Shown: one piece after another, positions 10,350 to 21,030 of the stretch
How the letters are laid out: every line of letters begins with the position of its first letter
Position numbering within the stretch: the stretch's first letter is position 1
Assembly (NCBI GenBank): GCA_031441465.1
Contig: JANOEP010000009.1
Span: 96,001 to 160,000 of the forward strand
DNA from: a bacterium
GTDB lineage: Bacteria; Krumholzibacteriota; Krumholzibacteriia; LZORAL124-64-63
Length of the DNA stretch: 64,000 nt
Reading direction: 5' to 3'
Made by a program: the position numbers and the translations under genes
The notes under the pieces: generated by a model
Database searches by the model: none
Seen by the model: the letters and a program-made list of their open reading frames with translations, nothing else
Told to the model about the DNA's origin: nothing

Positions 10350-12403
10350 AGTCGCGACGGCGTACCGCCGGACGGATTTCCGCAGCAGCAATGGCGCGGC
10401 TGACCGCCGTCGGCATCCTGTGCGGACTGGCTATTCCCTGTTTCGCTCTCGACGACGGAGGGGGACGCTCGGTCTTCGCCACCGGCGCCGGCAACCGCGC
10501 CCTCGGCCTCGGCGGCGCCTTCTGCGCGGTGGCGGACGACGCCAGCGCCGCGATCTGGAATCCGGGTGGTCTGGGCTGGATCGAGCGTAAGGAAGTGCAG
10601 GCGACGCAGACATCCCTCTTCGGGCTGGGATTCAACGAGCAGTACGCGGCCCTGGTTCTTCCCGATTACCGACTAGGCACCGCATCGCTGATCTTCAGGC
10701 ACTTCGGCGTTGACGGCATCGAGAACCGGGACGGTCGCGGCGTGCTGCGCGGTGACGATTTCCAGGATTCCGAGATGGAGATCGGCCTCGGCTTCGGCCG
10801 CGCCATCGGTGCGGCCCTGTCCGTCGGCGGGGCGCTCAAGATGCAGCGCCATACGCTGGCTGATTATTCGGGCAGCGGATATGGCATCGATGTGGGTCTG
10901 CTCGCCCTGCCGCTGTCGTTGGCCGGAGTGCGTGAAGACGGCGCCGGCCTCACGTTCGGCGCGGTCGTGCGCAACCTCGTCGATCCCAAGATCCGACTCG
11001 ATCTGGAGAGTGTGCCCGATCCGACCGCATTCCGCAGCGGACTTGCCTACCGCCGCGATGCAGGCGCCCAAATGGTACTGCTGGCGAGCCTGGACCTCGA
11101 AAAAACCAAGCGCATGGATTCACGACTGCACGCCGGCGTGCAGGCCGAGCTTCGCGAACTGTTCGTCCTTCGCCTCGGCGCCGCGGCCGGCAACCTCACG
11201 GCCGGCGCCAGCGTGCTGTGGCGGGACCTGGGCCTGGACTACCAGTTCGAGGACAACCCCCTCGGTCGCATCCACCGTGTCGGCGTTGCCGTGGTGTTCG
11301 GATCCGACGTGGAGGCTAGCCGCCGCGCTGCGCATGCGGCCGATGCGGCGGCGCTCCAGGAGAAGCTCGACGCGGCTTTCGCGCTGCGCACGGAGCAGCA
11401 GGCCGACCGCCTGGTGCGCGACGCGCGCGACGCGCTGGCCGGCGGACGCTGGGAGGACACGATCGATCTGGTGGAAACTCTGCGCGTCCTGGCGCCCGAC
11501 CACGCCGAAGTCGCCCAACTCACGACGGCGGCCTGGATCGGTCAGGGACAGGCACGGGAACTGGCCGGCGATTTGCCGGCAGCGGCCGTCGCTTACTCGC
11601 ACGCGCTGGCCGCCAGCCCGCGGGACACGACCACGACCTCCCGTCTCGAACGCGTCAGACGCGAGAGCGCCGACTTGGCCGAGCGCAGCCGCGAAACGCG
11701 TGAGCGATTCGAATCCGGCCTCGATGCTTTTTCCCGCGGTGATTTCGCCGTCGCACGCGCAACCTTCACCGATCTGCTCACCTCGCGTCCCGACGATCGC
11801 GATGCATCGATCATGCTGCAGCGGACCGGCGAGGCGATCAGGCGCCGCACGGCGGCGATCCTGGACCAGGCCGAATCCATGTTGGCGGCCGGCCGCTGCG
11901 ACGAAGCTTCGACCTGCTTGGCCGAAGCCGGCGGACTCGACCCGGCGGCCGCGTCGGCGACGGGACTCGCGAATCGAGTCGAACGCTGCCGGGCCGAAGC
12001 CGCCGTCAAGAGCCAGGCTGCAAGAACCGCTCTTACGAATCCGGCCACACGCTCCGACAGCGCACCGGCGGTCCCGCCCCTGAGCGAAGCCCGCCGGCGC
12101 GAACTGGCGGACCTCTATCAGCGCGGCGTGCAGGCGCTCGAGAGCGGACGCAATGCGGATGCGATCCACTATTGGGAGATGGTCTGGTCCGCCAGCGCCG
12201 AGTTCGAGGGCGTCGGCGACCACTTGCTGCAGGAATACCTGACCCTGGGTATGGACAAGTTTGCGAGCGGGCGACTGGAAGAAGCCATGGGCTACTGGGA
12301 ACAGGCCGTTCGCGTAGCGCCGAACGACCAGCGCGCGCTCGGCTACCTGGAGCGCGCACAACGGCAACAGCAGCGAATGGATAGCATCAGTGCCGATCAA
12401 TAG
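10346..12403 (+). CDS. PorV/PorQ-like (UPF0164) beta-barrel protein fused to C-terminal TPR repeats
   Basis: ATGA overlap with the upstream stop; signal peptide; GAGNRALGLGGAFCAVADDASAAIWNPGGL is typical of PorV/UPF0164 barrels; C-terminal helical TPR-like repeats (e.g. AMGYWEQAVRVAPNDQRALGYL). Confidence 0.82.
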   Translation: MKSRRRTAGRISAAAMARLTAVGILCGLAIPCFALDDGGGRSVFATGAGNRALGLGGAFCAVADDASAAIWNPGGLGWIERKEVQATQTSLFGLGFNEQYAALVLPDYRLGTASLIFRHFGVDGIENRDGRGVLRGDDFQDSEMEIGLGFGRAIGAALSVGGALKMQRHTLADYSGSGYGIDVGLLALPLSLAGVREDGAGLTFGAVVRNLVDPKIRLDLESVPDPTAFRSGLAYRRDAGAQMVLLASLDLEKTKRMDSRLHAGVQAELRELFVLRLGAAAGNLTAGASVLWRDLGLDYQFEDNPLGRIHRVGVAVVFGSDVEASRRAAHAADAAALQEKLDAAFALRTEQQADRLVRDARDALAGGRWEDTIDLVETLRVLAPDHAEVAQLTTAAWIGQGQARELAGDLPAAAVAYSHALAASPRDTTTTSRLERVRRESADLAERSRETRERFESGLDAFSRGDFAVARATFTDLLTSRPDDRDASIMLQRTGEAIRRRTAAILDQAESMLAAGRCDEASTCLAEAGGLDPAAASATGLANRVERCRAEAAVKSQAARTALTNPATRSDSAPAVPPLSEARRRELADLYQRGVQALESGRNADAIHYWEMVWSASAEFEGVGDHLLQEYLTLGMDKFASGRLEEAMGYWEQAVRVAPNDQRALGYLERAQRQQQRMDSISADQ

Positions 12404-13898
12404 CCGAAAACACCATGGATTCGGCCAATCCGGCGCCGGAGAGATCCCGGCGGACTCGCCCGTTCGGCGCGAACAACGCACGATCAGCATCAAGTTGATC
12501 CTCACCTCGGTCACGACCATCCTGGTCGCCCTGACCGTGGCGGGCGTGGCGCTCGTCACTGAACACAACACCCGGAACACCCTGCAACGGGAGATGGAAA
12601 CCCGCCTGCTGCTCGAAGCGCGCAATCTCGCCCTGCTCAGCACCGACGCCCTGCTGTCCGATTTTCCCGAACTGACCCTCTACCCTGTCGTGCGCGAGAT
12701 GCGGGAAAGGCAGGAACATCTGACGCTGGCCGTCGTCATGGACCACGCAGGACGTGTTCAGGGCCATCAGGATCCGCGCATGCTGGGTCAGCTCGACCCC
12801 TCTCTCGACTCGCTGCAGTCCTGCCCCACCGGAGTCCGGCTCCTCTCAGGCGAAGAACTCCTCTGTGATTCGCAGACCCTGGCCGTCCGCGCGCCGGTCC
12901 GCCATTCGACCGGTCAACTTCTGGGATCGGTGATCGTCGGCCAACGGCGCGACTACGTGGATCACATCCTGGCCGACACGCGCAAGCAGGTGCTCGGACT
13001 CGCCGCCGTGCTCGCGGTCGTCGGAGCTCTCACGGCCGTGCTCCTGATGAGCCGCATGCTGCGGCCGCTTGACGCGCTGCGGCACGGCCTGGAACGGATC
13101 GGTGCCGGCGATCTGGACATCCCGATCAACCTGCACGACCGCACGGAACTCGGACTGCTGGCCAAGACGATGGACGTCATGGCGGCCCAACTCAAGACCT
13201 CGCGCCAGGAATCTCAGGCCAAAGAGCTGGAAATCATCCGGACCCAGCACGACCTGATCGAGACCCTCTGTGTGGTCGTCGAAGGCCGATCCCACGAAAC
13301 GGCGAACCATACCGTTCGCGTAGGACAGTCGTCAGCCCTGCTGGCTCGCCTCGCGGGGCTCGATGCCGATCAGGTCGAACTCATCCGCCAGGCGGCGACG
13401 ATGCACGATCTCGGCAAGATCGCCATTCCCGATTCGGTGCTGAACAAGCCGGGGAAGCTCACCGCTGAGGAATACCGGTTGATGCAAACCCACACCAGCG
13501 TGGGCCATCGGATTCTTGATCAATCCGAAAGGCCGCTGCTCAAGGCGGCCGCGATCGTGGCCCACGCCCACCACGAGCGCTGGGACGGCAAGGGATATCC
13601 GCGGAACCTGCGAGGAGAAGCCATTCACATCTATGGCCGCATCGTCGCCATCTGCGACGTCTTCGACGCCCTGACCAGCGACCGCGTCTACCGGCCCGCC
13701 ATCCCCCTGCCGGAAGCCGTGGCCATCTTGAGGGAGGGGCGCGGATCGCAATTCGACCCGAACCTGCTGGACATCTTCCTGGGCGCCATCGATCGATTCG
13801 ACGCGATGCGAATCGAATTCGCCGACGTTCGGAAACCCGATCCCGCCGCCGTGCTGTCGCCCGCCGCAATACCCGAGCCCGAACCCGTACTCTGTTAA
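12390..13898 (+). CDS. Membrane-bound HAMP + HD-GYP domain c-di-GMP phosphodiesterase
   Basis: Two TM segments flanking a sensor domain; HAMP (RPLDALRHGLERIGAGDL..ELGLLA); HD-GYP motifs HTVRV, MHDLGK, HHERWDGKGYP, DVFDALTSDRVYR. Confidence 0.9.
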   Translation: MPINSRKHHGFGQSGAGEIPADSPVRREQRTISIKLILTSVTTILVALTVAGVALVTEHNTRNTLQREMETRLLLEARNLALLSTDALLSDFPELTLYPVVREMRERQEHLTLAVVMDHAGRVQGHQDPRMLGQLDPSLDSLQSCPTGVRLLSGEELLCDSQTLAVRAPVRHSTGQLLGSVIVGQRRDYVDHILADTRKQVLGLAAVLAVVGALTAVLLMSRMLRPLDALRHGLERIGAGDLDIPINLHDRTELGLLAKTMDVMAAQLKTSRQESQAKELEIIRTQHDLIETLCVVVEGRSHETANHTVRVGQSSALLARLAGLDADQVELIRQAATMHDLGKIAIPDSVLNKPGKLTAEEYRLMQTHTSVGHRILDQSERPLLKAAAIVAHAHHERWDGKGYPRNLRGEAIHIYGRIVAICDVFDALTSDRVYRPAIPLPEAVAILREGRGSQFDPNLLDIFLGAIDRFDAMRIEFADVRKPDPAAVLSPAAIPEPEPVLC

Positions 13899-13926
13899 AC
13901 CATCGAGACGGCGCCGGGCGATCGTT

Positions 13927-14307
13927 TCAATCGGCCATGCCGAGGAACATCCCCCCGGAGTAGGGAATCAGCCAGACCAGCCAGACCACGAGGGAGTAGC
14001 GGTGGAACCCGCGCCGCGCCCCCGCGCTGCCGTGTCGCAGGGTGCGGGTGGCCCAGACCGCATGCGCGAGCATGAGCCACAACGCGAGTTGGCCGGTGAG
14101 CGTGTGCGGGTCGCGCAGGTTGAAGGGTCCGTCGGCGAGGCGGTGCATGGCCAGGGTGCCTGCGACGTCGAACGCGAGGCCGGTCCAGAAGGCCGCGACG
14201 TGCCGCGGCCTCAGGTCGCGGGCGAGCCGTTCGGACCAGACGCCGAGGGAGTAGAAGAGCAGAGCGAGGGAGATGAGCGTGAAGGAGGCGATCGCCGTCG
14301 TCGACAT
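13927..14307 (-). CDS. HsmA/TIGR03987-family small membrane protein
   Basis: Four hydrophobic helices with ALLFYSLGVWSER, FWTGLAFDVAGT, HTLTGQLALWLMLAHAVWA, FHRYSLVVWLVWLIPY. Confidence 0.75.
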   Translation of the reverse strand: MSTTAIASFTLISLALLFYSLGVWSERLARDLRPRHVAAFWTGLAFDVAGTLAMHRLADGPFNLRDPHTLTGQLALWLMLAHAVWATRTLRHGSAGARRGFHRYSLVVWLVWLIPYSGGMFLGMAD

Positions 14308-14334
14308 GCCGATCGCCTCCCAACGGGCGCGGGA

Positions 14335-14823
14335 TCAGTGGGCGTGCTCGTGGGCGCCATGGGCGGCCGTGTACTTCGCGTACTCGTCGATGGTGCGCTG
14401 GCCGTGCGTGCGGATCATGGCCACAACCTTCGGGTCCTGGCTACTCATCACCGTGACCCAGCCGGCCTTGGTCTGGACCTGGTCCATCTTGGCGCCCGAC
14501 ATCATGAGCTGGCCGTAGGAGGTGCACATGCCGCACATGGGCATCTGTTCGCCGGCCATCATCTTCGCGCCGCAGGCTTCGAAGGTAGCCATGAGCTTCT
14601 TGTAGCGCTCGTCGTAACCGGCGGGGTAGGTCGTGACTTCCATCATGCCGCCGGCCAACAGGTAGGTGTCCCAAGTCATGTGGTCGAACAGATCCTGGTC
14701 TGCCATGAGGTTCTTGCACATGCCGCAGTTTTCGAGGTCGAGCCAGGCCTTCTCCGAGGCTAGGGCGGCGCCGGCGCCCAGCAGAGCGAAGGCCAGCGCC
14801 AGAATCGTGACGATCTTCTTCAT
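14335..14823 (-). CDS. Secreted Cys/Met/His-rich hypothetical protein with two CGMC motifs
   Basis: MKKIVTILALAFALLGAGAALA signal peptide after a GGGAGA RBS; CGMC twice; C-terminal HGAHEHAH. Confidence 0.8.
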   Translation of the reverse strand: MKKIVTILALAFALLGAGAALASEKAWLDLENCGMCKNLMADQDLFDHMTWDTYLLAGGMMEVTTYPAGYDERYKKLMATFEACGAKMMAGEQMPMCGMCTSYGQLMMSGAKMDQVQTKAGWVTVMSSQDPKVVAMIRTHGQRTIDEYAKYTAAHGAHEHAH

Positions 14824-14971
14824 CTTTTCTCTCCCTTGAATAAATGGTCCACAATCCCAGCCAAGATACTCGAGGGTGTCGATTATGGAAATCAAGATCG
14901 TCTCCGATTTACCCTAGGCAAAGTGGCGGAACCGGCGGCGGTCGATCTCACCTCTCACTGGCAGGCCGACA

Positions 14972-17050
14972 TCATGGAGCGACCGGCACGGGTGGCTCCG
15001 CCCCTTCCGCCGTCTCATCGCCGAGCAGGTAGTGGTCGAACCACTGAACCTCCCGCGTCTGGTAGTCGAGCATGTGGCTCGGTTTGTTGATGCCGTGCCC
15101 CTCGCCGGGATAGAGCACCAGCCGGCTGGGCACACCGTTGAGCTGCAGGTAGGTGAACAGCTCGACGGACTGGCGCGGGTCGACCGGTTCGTCGTCCTGG
15201 CCGTGCATCACCAGCGTCGGGGTGACGATCGCGCCGGCGCGCGAGGCGGGGCTGTGCTCCCACAGGCGCTGCAAGTCGTCGTCCCAGGGCCGATCGTAGC
15301 CGTCGATGAACAGCTGCGGGTTGTTCTGACCCATCGCCGAGACGTAGTTGAAGATGCCGGCGATCGAGACGGCCGCTTTGAAGCGGTCGGTGCGCGAGAT
15401 CACGTTGTTGGTCGTCAGCCCACCGTAGGAGTAGCCCGTGAAGCCCAGGCGATCGGGGTCGGCGATCCCGCGCGCGACGAGCGCGTCGCAGGCGGCCATC
15501 AGGTCCAGGTGGTCGTCGGTGCCGAAGTTGCGGTAGACGCCGCGCTGGAACGCCTCGCCGTAGGCGGTGCTGCCGCGCGGGTTGGCGATGAACACCGCGT
15601 AGCCGCGCCGGCTCAGCACCTGCCAGGGGTAGCGCGTGGTCCAGGCGTTGCCGTAGCGGGCGAATGGGCCGCCGTGCATCTCCATGACGAGGGGGAACGG
15701 CCCGTCGGCGGCGGTCTTGCCGGGCGGCAGGAACAGGAAGCCCTCCACCACGGCGCCGTCGTGGCCGGGCAGGTCCAGGCGCTGCGCCGCAGCTAGGCCG
15801 TGCGCGGCGACCGCGTCGTCGACGCTCGCGAGCAGGCGCGCGGCGGCGGGTTTGGCGGCCGCGCCGGCGCGCACCGAGCCGGGCCGGTGCTGCTCGCTCT
15901 CGACGAAGGCGACGACGTCGTCGGCCAGATCCAGCTCGGTGACGTTGCCCGCGAACGAGGTCAGTTTCTGCAGACCGCCCTGCCGCGCGTCGGCCCGCCA
16001 CAGGTTGAGATCGCGACCTTCGCCCACCCGCAGCGTGATCCAGCGGCCGTCCCGCGACCAGAACGGCGGGTCCTCGGGCGTGGAACCGGAGCCCGACAGG
16101 CAGGACCGGGCCAGCGGCGCCAGGTCGCGCTCGGCGCCCGTGGCGAGGTCGCGCACGAACAGGCTCTTGAGGTTGAGGTAGGAGCGCAGCGTGTCGGCGC
16201 GGTCCATGTAGTAGGCGAGCCGTTGGCCGTCGGGCGAGAAGGCGGCCAGCGAGGCGTGGCGGTCGGGATCGCTGACCAGCGCGATCTCGCCGCCGGCGGC
16301 CGGGATCAGGCCCACGCGCTGCTCCTCGTCGACCAGGGTCGAGAAGCGCTCGTTGTAGGTCAGCGCCAGCGTCGCGCCGTCGGGCGACCAGGCGACGTGC
16401 GACGGGTAGAGCGGCGCGCGCGTGAGCTGCAGGGGCTCGGTCGCTGCGGGTCCGTCGCGATCGGCGGTCACGATCCAGAGCTGGTCGTATTCCTCGGGGT
16501 GATCGAGGCGGTCCAGGACCGTCCAGTCGGCGCGGTCTTCGTCCTCGGCCGCGGTGTCCCCTGCGGTCGTGGAATCGTCGGCGGCCTCCGCCGGCGCCGC
16601 CAGCACCGCCAGGCGCGTCCCGTCGGGCGACCACCAGTAGGCGCTCAGGCCGTCGGGCAGATCGGTGACCGCGCGCGGCTCGGTGCCGTCGAGCGGGTTG
16701 ACCCAGACCTGGGTCTGCTCGCCGCGCTTGGCCAGGTAGCTCAGGGCGCCGTCGGGGCGCCAGGCGAGCCCGCCCACGACATGCTCGTCGAAGGTCACGC
16801 GGCGGGGCGCGCCGCCCTTGACCTCGGCCAGCCAGATCTCGCGGCAGGACTTGTCCAGATCCAGATCTCGCCAGCGCTTCAGGTACGCCACGCGCGCGCC
16901 GTCGGGCGAGACGACCGGCGCGGTCAGCGTCGGCACCTGCAGGAAGGCCTCGAGCGTGAAGGTGTCGGCGGCGGAATCGGCGGCGATCGCCGCCGTGGCA
17001 GCGGCGCCGCACAGCCACGCCGTGCAGCAATAGACGAGCAGGGACTTCAT
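14972..17050 (-). CDS. S9-family (acylaminoacyl/dipeptidyl) peptidase, exported
   Basis: Propeller repeats (WSPDG), HGGP, GYSYGG nucleophile, HGQDDEPV, YPGEGHG. Confidence 0.92.
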   Translation of the reverse strand: MKSLLVYCCTAWLCGAAATAAIAADSAADTFTLEAFLQVPTLTAPVVSPDGARVAYLKRWRDLDLDKSCREIWLAEVKGGAPRRVTFDEHVVGGLAWRPDGALSYLAKRGEQTQVWVNPLDGTEPRAVTDLPDGLSAYWWSPDGTRLAVLAAPAEAADDSTTAGDTAAEDEDRADWTVLDRLDHPEEYDQLWIVTADRDGPAATEPLQLTRAPLYPSHVAWSPDGATLALTYNERFSTLVDEEQRVGLIPAAGGEIALVSDPDRHASLAAFSPDGQRLAYYMDRADTLRSYLNLKSLFVRDLATGAERDLAPLARSCLSGSGSTPEDPPFWSRDGRWITLRVGEGRDLNLWRADARQGGLQKLTSFAGNVTELDLADDVVAFVESEQHRPGSVRAGAAAKPAAARLLASVDDAVAAHGLAAAQRLDLPGHDGAVVEGFLFLPPGKTAADGPFPLVMEMHGGPFARYGNAWTTRYPWQVLSRRGYAVFIANPRGSTAYGEAFQRGVYRNFGTDDHLDLMAACDALVARGIADPDRLGFTGYSYGGLTTNNVISRTDRFKAAVSIAGIFNYVSAMGQNNPQLFIDGYDRPWDDDLQRLWEHSPASRAGAIVTPTLVMHGQDDEPVDPRQSVELFTYLQLNGVPSRLVLYPGEGHGINKPSHMLDYQTREVQWFDHYLLGDETAEGAEPPVPVAP

Positions 17051-17072
17051 CGAGCCTCCCGGCGGGTGACGG

Positions 17073-18749
<1,677 letters not shown>

Positions 18750-18855
18750 GGGACCTCGCTCGTCGTGGCGCACGGTGACGGTGGCGGCCGGGCCGCGGAC
18801 GCCGCCAACACTAGGTGCGGAAGCGGGGGCTGTCCAGCGGGAGTGCCGAACCCGT

Positions 18856-19317
18856 TCAGCTGTCGGACAGGAACTTCTCCGCCAGCGCCACGCTGTCGGC
18901 GGGGCTCACCTTGATCCGCTCGTCGAGGATCCGCCCGTCCTCGCCGACGATCCAGTGCGAGCGGATCACGCCTTCGTACTGCTTGCCGTACATGCTCTTC
19001 TCGCCCCAGGCGCCCCACTTTTCCAGCACCTTGTGGTCGGGGTCCGACAGCAGGTCGAACGTCAGGCCCTGCTGCTCCTTCCAGCGCGCCAGCGCCGCGG
19101 GCGCGTCGGGGCTGATCCCGAGGATCACGGCCCCTTGCAGCGTGAAGCGCGGCAGCGCCTCCGAGAAGCCGCAGGCCTGGGCGGTGCAGCCCGGCGTGTT
19201 GGCCTTGGGGAAGGCGAACAGGACCACCTTGCCGCCCAGATGGTCGGACAACTTGACCTTCTCGCTCCTCTGGTTCAGCAGCGTGAACGACGGGGCCTTG
19301 GTTCCGATCTTCGGCAT
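18856..19317 (-). CDS. bcp: Thioredoxin-dependent thiol peroxidase (BCP/PrxQ)
   Basis: [39 protein letters not shown]. Confidence 0.93.
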   Translation of the reverse strand: MPKIGTKAPSFTLLNQRSEKVKLSDHLGGKVVLFAFPKANTPGCTAQACGFSEALPRFTLQGAVILGISPDAPAALARWKEQQGLTFDLLSDPDHKVLEKWGAWGEKSMYGKQYEGVIRSHWIVGEDGRILDERIKVSPADSVALAEKFLSDS

Positions 19318-19401
19318 GGCGCGTCCTCCTCATGGGCGTTGGTGCGCGGGCGGCGATCAAGTTCAGCGACCTGCGGAACGCGCGCAACCCGCCAGCAACG
19401 A

Positions 19402-19435
19402 GCAACCCCGGCCTCCGCGAAGAAGCCGGGGTCGC
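19402..19435 (-). terminator. Stem-loop downstream of the Cys-rich gene
   Basis: Minus strand GCGACCCCGGCTTC-TTCGCG-GAGGCCGGGGTTGC (stem includes G-U pairs); weak U tract. Confidence 0.55.
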
Positions 19436-19459
19436 CTCGTCGATTGGAATCCGATCCGA

Positions 19460-19930
19460 CTAGCTGGAGGCCTTCGCGGCCGCGGCCTTGGCGTCGGCGG
19501 CCTTCTGGTCGAAGGCGGCCTTCAGGCCGGCGGCGTCCTTGCCGCAGCAACCCTTGCCCTCGGTGACGGCCTTGGCGCAGCAGGGGTGCATGGTCGCCAT
19601 CGCGGCGTCGCAGGCAGCCTTGTCCGCGGCGCAGGCGGCCTTCATCTCGGGAGTGCAGCCCTTGCCGTCGGCGGCGGCGGCATGGGCGGTACAGGCGGCC
19701 TTGTCGCCGCTGCACGCCGACTTCATGCCGTCGGCGGAAGCGTGCCCCGCACAGGCGGCCTTGTCGCCGGCGCTGCAGCCCTTGCCGTCCGCAGCGGCCT
19801 TGGCCGTGCAGGCGGACTTCTCGCCGGCGGCGGCCTTCTGCGCACAACCCGGTCCGCCGGCCTGCGCGCCCATCGCCACCAGAGCGACAACGGCCAGAAC
19901 GACGACCAGCAACGTGGTCAGTTTCTTCAT
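19460..19930 (-). CDS. Secreted low-complexity Cys-rich repeat protein (KAAC/GKGC repeats)
   Basis: MKKLTTLLVVVLAVVALVAMGAQA signal peptide, GGAAAGGA RBS, 13 Cys in Ala/Lys-rich repeats. Confidence 0.82.
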   Translation of the reverse strand: MKKLTTLLVVVLAVVALVAMGAQAGGPGCAQKAAAGEKSACTAKAAADGKGCSAGDKAACAGHASADGMKSACSGDKAACTAHAAAADGKGCTPEMKAACAADKAACDAAMATMHPCCAKAVTEGKGCCGKDAAGLKAAFDQKAADAKAAAAKASS

Positions 19931-20015
19931 GATGGGGGTCCTTTCCTCGGTGTCTCGTCGGGTCATCCCTCGCGCCGTCCGGAACCAGAGCGGGCCCCCG
20001 GCCGCGAGGAAGGAA

Positions 20016-20049
20016 TGCATAGTTTAGCTATATGCAAAGCAGAAGGCAA
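20016..20049 (-). promoter_or_regulatory. sigma70-like promoter with overlapping palindromic operator
   Basis: TTGCCT (20049-20044), 17 nt, TAAACT (20026-20021); inverted repeat TGCATA-N9-TATGCA at 20016-20036. Confidence 0.55.
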
Positions 20050-20128
20050 CAGTTCCCGGATGCGTCGATAATCCTTCAATCGATTATTGATAATCAGATT
20101 GGACGCCGCGGTCCCGGATCCTCGACGC

Positions 20129-20878
20129 TCAATCGAGGACGATTTCCACGGGGCAGTGATCGGAACCGTGGATATCGCCGAGAATGGAGGCTGAACGCAG
20201 GCGCGGGCGGAGCACGGCGGAGATCAGGGCGTAATCGATGCGCCACCCGATGTTGCGGGCGCGGGCGTCCACCCGCCAGGTCCACCAGGTGTAGTGTCCC
20301 CCGCCGGGTTCGAACTCCCGGAACGTGTCCACGAAGCCGGCGCGGATCAGGGCGTCGAAACCGGCGCGCTCCTGGGGCGTGAAACCCGCGTTGTTGACGT
20401 TCTGCCGCGGGTTGGCCAGGTCGATTTCGCGGTGCGCGACGTTGAAGTCGCCGCAGACGATCACCGGTTTCTCGCGCTCGAGCCGTTGCAGGTAAGCCAG
20501 GAAGGCCGCGTCCCAGCGCATGCGGACCTCGAGGCGCAGCAGGCCGCGCTGCGCGTTGGGCGTGTAGACCGAGACCACGAAGAAGTCGGGGAACTCCAGC
20601 GCGAGCGTGCGCCCCTCGTCGTCGAGCCCGGGCAGCACGCCGCCCCGCCGCACACTCAAGGGCGCGGGCCGCGTCATCACGGCCACGCCGGAATAGCCGG
20701 GCTTCTGCGCCGGGTTCCAGAACTCCTGATGATCCCCCATGCCCACGACCGCCTGCTCGGGCATGGCCCGCGTCTCCTGCAGGCAGAGCACGTCCGGCGC
20801 GATCCGGGCGATCGACTCGCGCAGGCCCTTGCCCAGGGCCGCGCGCAGACCGTTGACGTTCCAAGAGACGATGCGCAT
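20129..20878 (-). CDS. xth: Exodeoxyribonuclease III
   Basis: MRIVSWNVNGLRA, LCLQET, GYSGVA, YTPNA, GDFNVAH, GWRIDY, GSDHCPV. Confidence 0.95.
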   Translation of the reverse strand: MRIVSWNVNGLRAALGKGLRESIARIAPDVLCLQETRAMPEQAVVGMGDHQEFWNPAQKPGYSGVAVMTRPAPLSVRRGGVLPGLDDEGRTLALEFPDFFVVSVYTPNAQRGLLRLEVRMRWDAAFLAYLQRLEREKPVIVCGDFNVAHREIDLANPRQNVNNAGFTPQERAGFDALIRAGFVDTFREFEPGGGHYTWWTWRVDARARNIGWRIDYALISAVLRPRLRSASILGDIHGSDHCPVEIVLD

Positions 20879-21030
20879 GAGCCTCCCCGATCGCCGCAGG
20901 CACGGATCTTCCAGGTGGGTGAACGGGACGGGTCCCGGGGACCCGACCCATGGGGGATCGAGAGGGAGCGGACGGCGCCGGGGTTTCTTCCCGGATCCCA
21001 TCGTTCCTTCACAAACCGAGCGAGGGTGCT

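Noticed and set aside
1149..10391. Three ~1000-aa minus-strand ORFs (1149-4046, 4086-7112, 7242-10391)
   Set aside because: Antisense to the giant protein; stop-poor shadow frames typical of high-GC DNA, with no motifs
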